DNA of 64,000 nucleotides from Pseudomonadota bacterium. Its GTDB lineage: Bacteria > Bdellovibrionota > Bdellovibrionia > Bdellovibrionales > SG-bin7. Positions 60,223-64,000 of this stretch are shown one piece after another (within the stretch, counting starts at the first letter, position 1; the number at the start of each line of letters is the position of its first letter). The DNA lies in NCBI GenBank assembly GCA_034439715.1, contig JAWXAY010000100.1, positions 55,353 through 119,352 on the forward strand. Reading direction: 5' to 3'. A program made the position numbers and the translations under genes. The notes under the pieces are model-generated. The model saw only the letters and a program-made list of their open reading frames with translations, did no database searches and was not told the origin of the DNA.

Positions 60223-61653
60223 CTAAAGTTCAATTTGGCGCGACGTTTGTCGAACGGTAGATGTCGGTTTTTTTAAATGCGCACCTACCGGTCTTCTGCG
60301 AGGAAGAGAGAAAGTAAAGGTGGTGCCATGCCCACTATTGCTATCAACCCGTACAGTACCGCCATGAGATTCAACAATAGTTTTAACAATTGCAAGACCG
60401 ACGCCGGCACCTTGCTCGGCAGTTTTGCGAGCTTGCCAAAAATGATCAAAAATCTCCGCAAGCCTATTTTCGGGGATTCCCGGGCCGCTATCAGCCACGG
60501 AAACATAAACAAATTGCTGGTCACTTCGAACCTTAACTACAACTTTATTGTGCTTTGGACTAAATTTAATTGCATTACCAACTAAATTTGAAAGCACTCT
60601 CACCACACGCTCGTGATCAAGAAAAGCCATAACCGGGGGGTTCACTGATTCAAATTGAAGTCGAATATCTCGTTGTTTAGCAATTGGTTGCATCATCAGC
60701 CGAGCGTCCTCAAGTATCACATCGAGAGAAAGCTGATCCAACCGCAGAGTTAAGCCCCCATTATCCATCTTGGTTTGATCAACAATATCTTTAATTAGTT
60801 GTTCGATGACAACCACGGAACTTTTAATAATTTCAGTGCTGTCGTTACCTTTCGCCTCAGCAGCCTGAGTGATCACAGTCAATGGATCTTTTAAATCTTG
60901 CGAAATCGCAGCGACTATCTCGTCACGAGCTAGAACCGCTTTTTTAGCTTCGTCAAAAAGACGAGTGCGCTCCGCAATTTGGCGAGTGCGTTCTTTCAAC
61001 ATACGAATCACCAAAAGCGCTATACCCAAAAATAGGATTCCCATAATTGCCGAAAGCCACGTCATGCCCCGAGGAATCTGAACCTCAGCCTTGGCTGCCG
61101 CTTCTCGAGCGTGACCACGGGTGCGGTCCAGCTCAGCGTTGTACAATTTTACGATCTCATCGAGGCTTTCATTTAATTGCGTACGGAGCGGATTTGTTTT
61201 TGACTGGTAAAACTGTGCTACCGCCTTTTCATCCGTTTGCTTTTCACGAAGATCCATTGTTTGACCAAAAATTTCTTGATGCTGTTGTTGTATGGAATCA
61301 ATGCGTTTGATGATTTCCGGAATCTGCGGCAGCGTATATTGTTTTTCAAAATTGGATAATGATTCGGCAAACGTCTCTTTGTCTTTTTTCTGTTTATCAA
61401 AGAGAGCTTTTGTGCCAAGCAAGAAGAAGGCTCTACCATCTGCAATCTGAGATACAGCGGCATTGCGAAGTTTCTCTACGCTCACCAAGGCAGTCACATC
61501 GACATTCACCACAGCATTGGCAGCAATTGTCTGACGTAAATTCATGGCGTTTATCCAAGCACCTAAGATTGCGACCACAAAGCCAACCAAAAGTATTAGC
61601 AGTGATAATTGCTCAAAATTCCAGCGGATAACTTTTTTAAGATTTTTAGTCAT
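60223..61653 (-). CDS. membrane sensor histidine kinase-like protein lacking the phosphoacceptor His
   Basis: 2 TM with helical periplasmic domain; H-box reads SQDLKDPL; NAIKFS, DSGPG, F and G boxes intact. Confidence 0.85.
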   Translation of the reverse strand: MTKNLKKVIRWNFEQLSLLILLVGFVVAILGAWINAMNLRQTIAANAVVNVDVTALVSVEKLRNAAVSQIADGRAFFLLGTKALFDKQKKDKETFAESLSNFEKQYTLPQIPEIIKRIDSIQQQHQEIFGQTMDLREKQTDEKAVAQFYQSKTNPLRTQLNESLDEIVKLYNAELDRTRGHAREAAAKAEVQIPRGMTWLSAIMGILFLGIALLVIRMLKERTRQIAERTRLFDEAKKAVLARDEIVAAISQDLKDPLTVITQAAEAKGNDSTEIIKSSVVVIEQLIKDIVDQTKMDNGGLTLRLDQLSLDVILEDARLMMQPIAKQRDIRLQFESVNPPVMAFLDHERVVRVLSNLVGNAIKFSPKHNKVVVKVRSDQQFVYVSVADSGPGIPENRLAEIFDHFWQARKTAEQGAGVGLAIVKTIVESHGGTVRVDSNSGHGTTFTFSLPRRRPVGAHLKKPTSTVRQTSRQIEL

Positions 61654-61782
61654 GGAAACCACATATCAATGGCGCGCAGTCTGAGCAATCAAAATTTCGT
61701 GAGACTCAATCAGTGGCTTCTCAGCTAATTTTTGAACAGAGCAACAAAGCGGAAGACGATTCCCCCAGAGTAGCTTGTCCTC

Positions 61783-62838
61783 TTAATAACTGTTAGCCAG
61801 AATAGGTTCACCGAAATATCCTGGATGATATTTATTCAAGTAGCCAGCTTTTCGATTTGATGACTTCGGTGATCTTAAAAACCGAATAGCATCCACTTGC
61901 TTTCTCTGCAACCCATTGCTCCCTTTAAACGCCTTTCTAGCGTCAGTTATGTCAGAATCAGAATCGCCATAAAAAACATCGAGATCCAAGGCCTCAATTC
62001 TGTCAGTTTTCCCTGCTGGGTTTCCTGGCAAATCCATTTCAGGCTCAAAGTACACATCGGCCTTTACAATCCCAAATTCCGATTCAATGTATTCACGAAG
62101 TGCCTCACCATTTATGTCTGGTCGAGCAGTGATAGCATAGACCCGATGCCCTAAAGCCAAATGACGCCTCACCAATGCAACGGCTAAAGATTTTGGAGTG
62201 CTCGCTACGTTAGCAGGAAGCTCCTTTTTCGTTCCATTTGGAAGAATAATTGATTCTTCTGCGCAACCTTTGTCGCAAGCATTCACATGAGTCCAAAAGA
62301 GTGTGTCGTCCGGTTTGGGAAGACCACCTGTTGCAAACCCACGAACAAATGCCGGAGACGTGAATGAAAGTGTATCGTCGATGTCAAATCCAACGGCCTT
62401 CACATTACGAATTTTGGGAAGTGCGACTGGCTTGATGCCAAAGAATCGAAGGAGTGTTCCTCGTTTGACATTGCACAAAATTTGAATGTTCTTTGTGTTG
62501 TCTTTGTAACTCACAAGGTGTGGTCCATGGTTCAAAGCAATTTCAAGCTTTGTCGAACTGTCCACGGGAACTACTTCAAGTCCCTTGGGATTCAAATCGA
62601 CGAACTCGTTAACATCATTGCTTGCTCCGTCCTCAATTCTAACATTTAGTGCAGGTCTTTGATCTTCCAATTTGAATAGGACTGTTGAGCCCACAGTTAC
62701 TTGGATAGTAAAAGCATCGTTCTTTTGGACAAGTTCCATAACCGCATCTCCCGGCGCCCCTTGAAAACATTTTAAAGTCATTGAACCCGCGTAGGCTTGA
62801 GTCGAAAACAAAACCACCAATAAAGTTACTAATTTCAT
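61783..62838 (-). CDS. class B (AphA-like) HAD acid phosphatase with N-terminal extension
   Basis: Signal peptide; FDIDDT, ITAR, K, YGDSDSDI. Confidence 0.8.
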   Translation of the reverse strand: MKLVTLLVVLFSTQAYAGSMTLKCFQGAPGDAVMELVQKNDAFTIQVTVGSTVLFKLEDQRPALNVRIEDGASNDVNEFVDLNPKGLEVVPVDSSTKLEIALNHGPHLVSYKDNTKNIQILCNVKRGTLLRFFGIKPVALPKIRNVKAVGFDIDDTLSFTSPAFVRGFATGGLPKPDDTLFWTHVNACDKGCAEESIILPNGTKKELPANVASTPKSLAVALVRRHLALGHRVYAITARPDINGEALREYIESEFGIVKADVYFEPEMDLPGNPAGKTDRIEALDLDVFYGDSDSDITDARKAFKGSNGLQRKQVDAIRFLRSPKSSNRKAGYLNKYHPGYFGEPILANSY

Positions 62839-62951
62839 TTTTTTTCCTTTGTGATCAACGAACCCAATGTTCCTTGTCGAAAGGGATCATACTCAAAATA
62901 AATATTTAAATAAATGTGACAATAGTGAATATTATGTTTAAATAATTAAAC

Positions 62952-63827
62952 ATGAAAATACCGAAATTTGATCTACTAGAAACATTGGTTAGCGTAGCCG
63001 AATCAAAAAACTTCCTAGAAGCAGCTCATCGACTAGAACTCTCGCAGGGAGCCGTATCATTGAAACTGAAGGCTCTTCAAGAACACTTGCCACTTCCTCT
63101 TTTCACTCTAAAGGGTAAAAGAAAGATTCTGACCCCATATGGAAATGAGATCTACAAGTATGCAAGAGTGCAGCTCGATAGATCACTGGCCGACTTTGGT
63201 GTCGTCAGTAGAAAATACATGAAACCAGAAAACACAGTCCTCAAGATCAGCTGTCGGAGGGAACTGTTTCAGTCGCTCTACTCCAGATTAGATTTTGGCG
63301 GAAGTATTCACTTCGAAGAAGCTTCCGGCCGAGAAGCCCTTCGATTATTATTGGAGAGAAAGGTGGACCTTGCCTTAACATACATTAAACCAGACCTAAC
63401 AGAAGTGATCGCACGACCCATTTTAGATTCTCGGTGTCACCTCCTAGTTCATAAGAAGCATGTGAAAGCACACGGTTCCAAATTCTTTCGGTCTGAGGAG
63501 TTTTTAACTACAGTTCCATGTCTCATTTACACAGGTGGCGGCCACCTCCTGGACAAGTGGGTTCGTCACCTGGGCATAGACTTCTCGAAATTAAGACCTC
63601 GTGTGATCGCGGAGGATTGGGGAATACTTAGAGATTTGATTGATGAGGGTCACGGATATGCCGTGGCACCAGATTTTGTTCAAACTCGGTCGGCAGACGT
63701 GGTCTCAGTTGAGATTCCCTCTTTGGCACTTGAAACCTATAAATACTATGCGATTTTCTTTAAGGATTTAAAACAGATTCCAGCGATAAAGAACGTTTTG
63801 AAATCCATTGAAATGTCCGTTCGATGA
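62952..63827 (+). CDS. LysR family transcriptional regulator
   Basis: NF..AA..L..SQ.AVS....L....LF......LT..G. Confidence 0.92.
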   Translation: MKIPKFDLLETLVSVAESKNFLEAAHRLELSQGAVSLKLKALQEHLPLPLFTLKGKRKILTPYGNEIYKYARVQLDRSLADFGVVSRKYMKPENTVLKISCRRELFQSLYSRLDFGGSIHFEEASGREALRLLLERKVDLALTYIKPDLTEVIARPILDSRCHLLVHKKHVKAHGSKFFRSEEFLTTVPCLIYTGGGHLLDKWVRHLGIDFSKLRPRVIAEDWGILRDLIDEGHGYAVAPDFVQTRSADVVSVEIPSLALETYKYYAIFFKDLKQIPAIKNVLKSIEMSVR

Positions 63828-63830
63828 AAT

Positions 63831-63881
63831 TGGCCAAGCAATGCGATCAATTTTTGGTCGTTCTCGCGAAATCCATTTCAA
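63831..63881 (-). pseudogene. chromate resistance protein ChrB N-terminal remnant
   Basis: (M)KWISRERPKIDRIAWP resembles the ChrB start MKW.TR.RPKIDRIACPW, then breaks off. Confidence 0.65.
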
Positions 63882-64000
63882 ATTTTTCCCTTGCTCAATT
63901 TTGAAAACATCTCTCCAACATGTTGATTCTCTGTAGAACCACGGAACCAGAAGACTCCTCCCCCAGAGGGGAGAAATGAATCTCATTAATTACTTAGAAC

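Overview
A gene-dense bacterial chromosomal window of roughly 40-45% GC (estimated by eye), most likely from a Bdellovibrionota-type genome, judging by an FQNC-type lipoprotein signal and many short secreted hypotheticals. I found no rRNA, tRNA, CRISPR array or intact mobile element. The main candidate for a new system is a compact urate-catabolism operon at 20.0-28.5 kb. Its PuuD-type membrane urate oxidase carries a cupredoxin (type-1 Cu) domain where a cytochrome c normally sits. Next come an HIU hydrolase and a 1513-aa fusion of malate synthase, OHCU decarboxylase, a beta-lactamase-fold serine hydrolase and allantoicase, followed by coupled proBA. The serine-hydrolase domain lies where the otherwise missing allantoinase step would be. 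A second candidate is a sulfur-relay cluster at 1.0-5.7 kb: cysteine desulfurase, MoeZ, a MoaD/ThiS carrier, an atypical acyl-CoA dehydrogenase and a hot-dog protein. Other notable items are many RNA helicase and RNA-modification genes, four sigma54-type promoters before mostly stress genes, a zone of decayed genes at 53-58 kb, an unannotated 18-aa hydrophobic peptide, a histidine kinase lacking its His, and a secreted protein with an unfamiliar repeat. All calls come from motif recognition by eye; no database searches were run.
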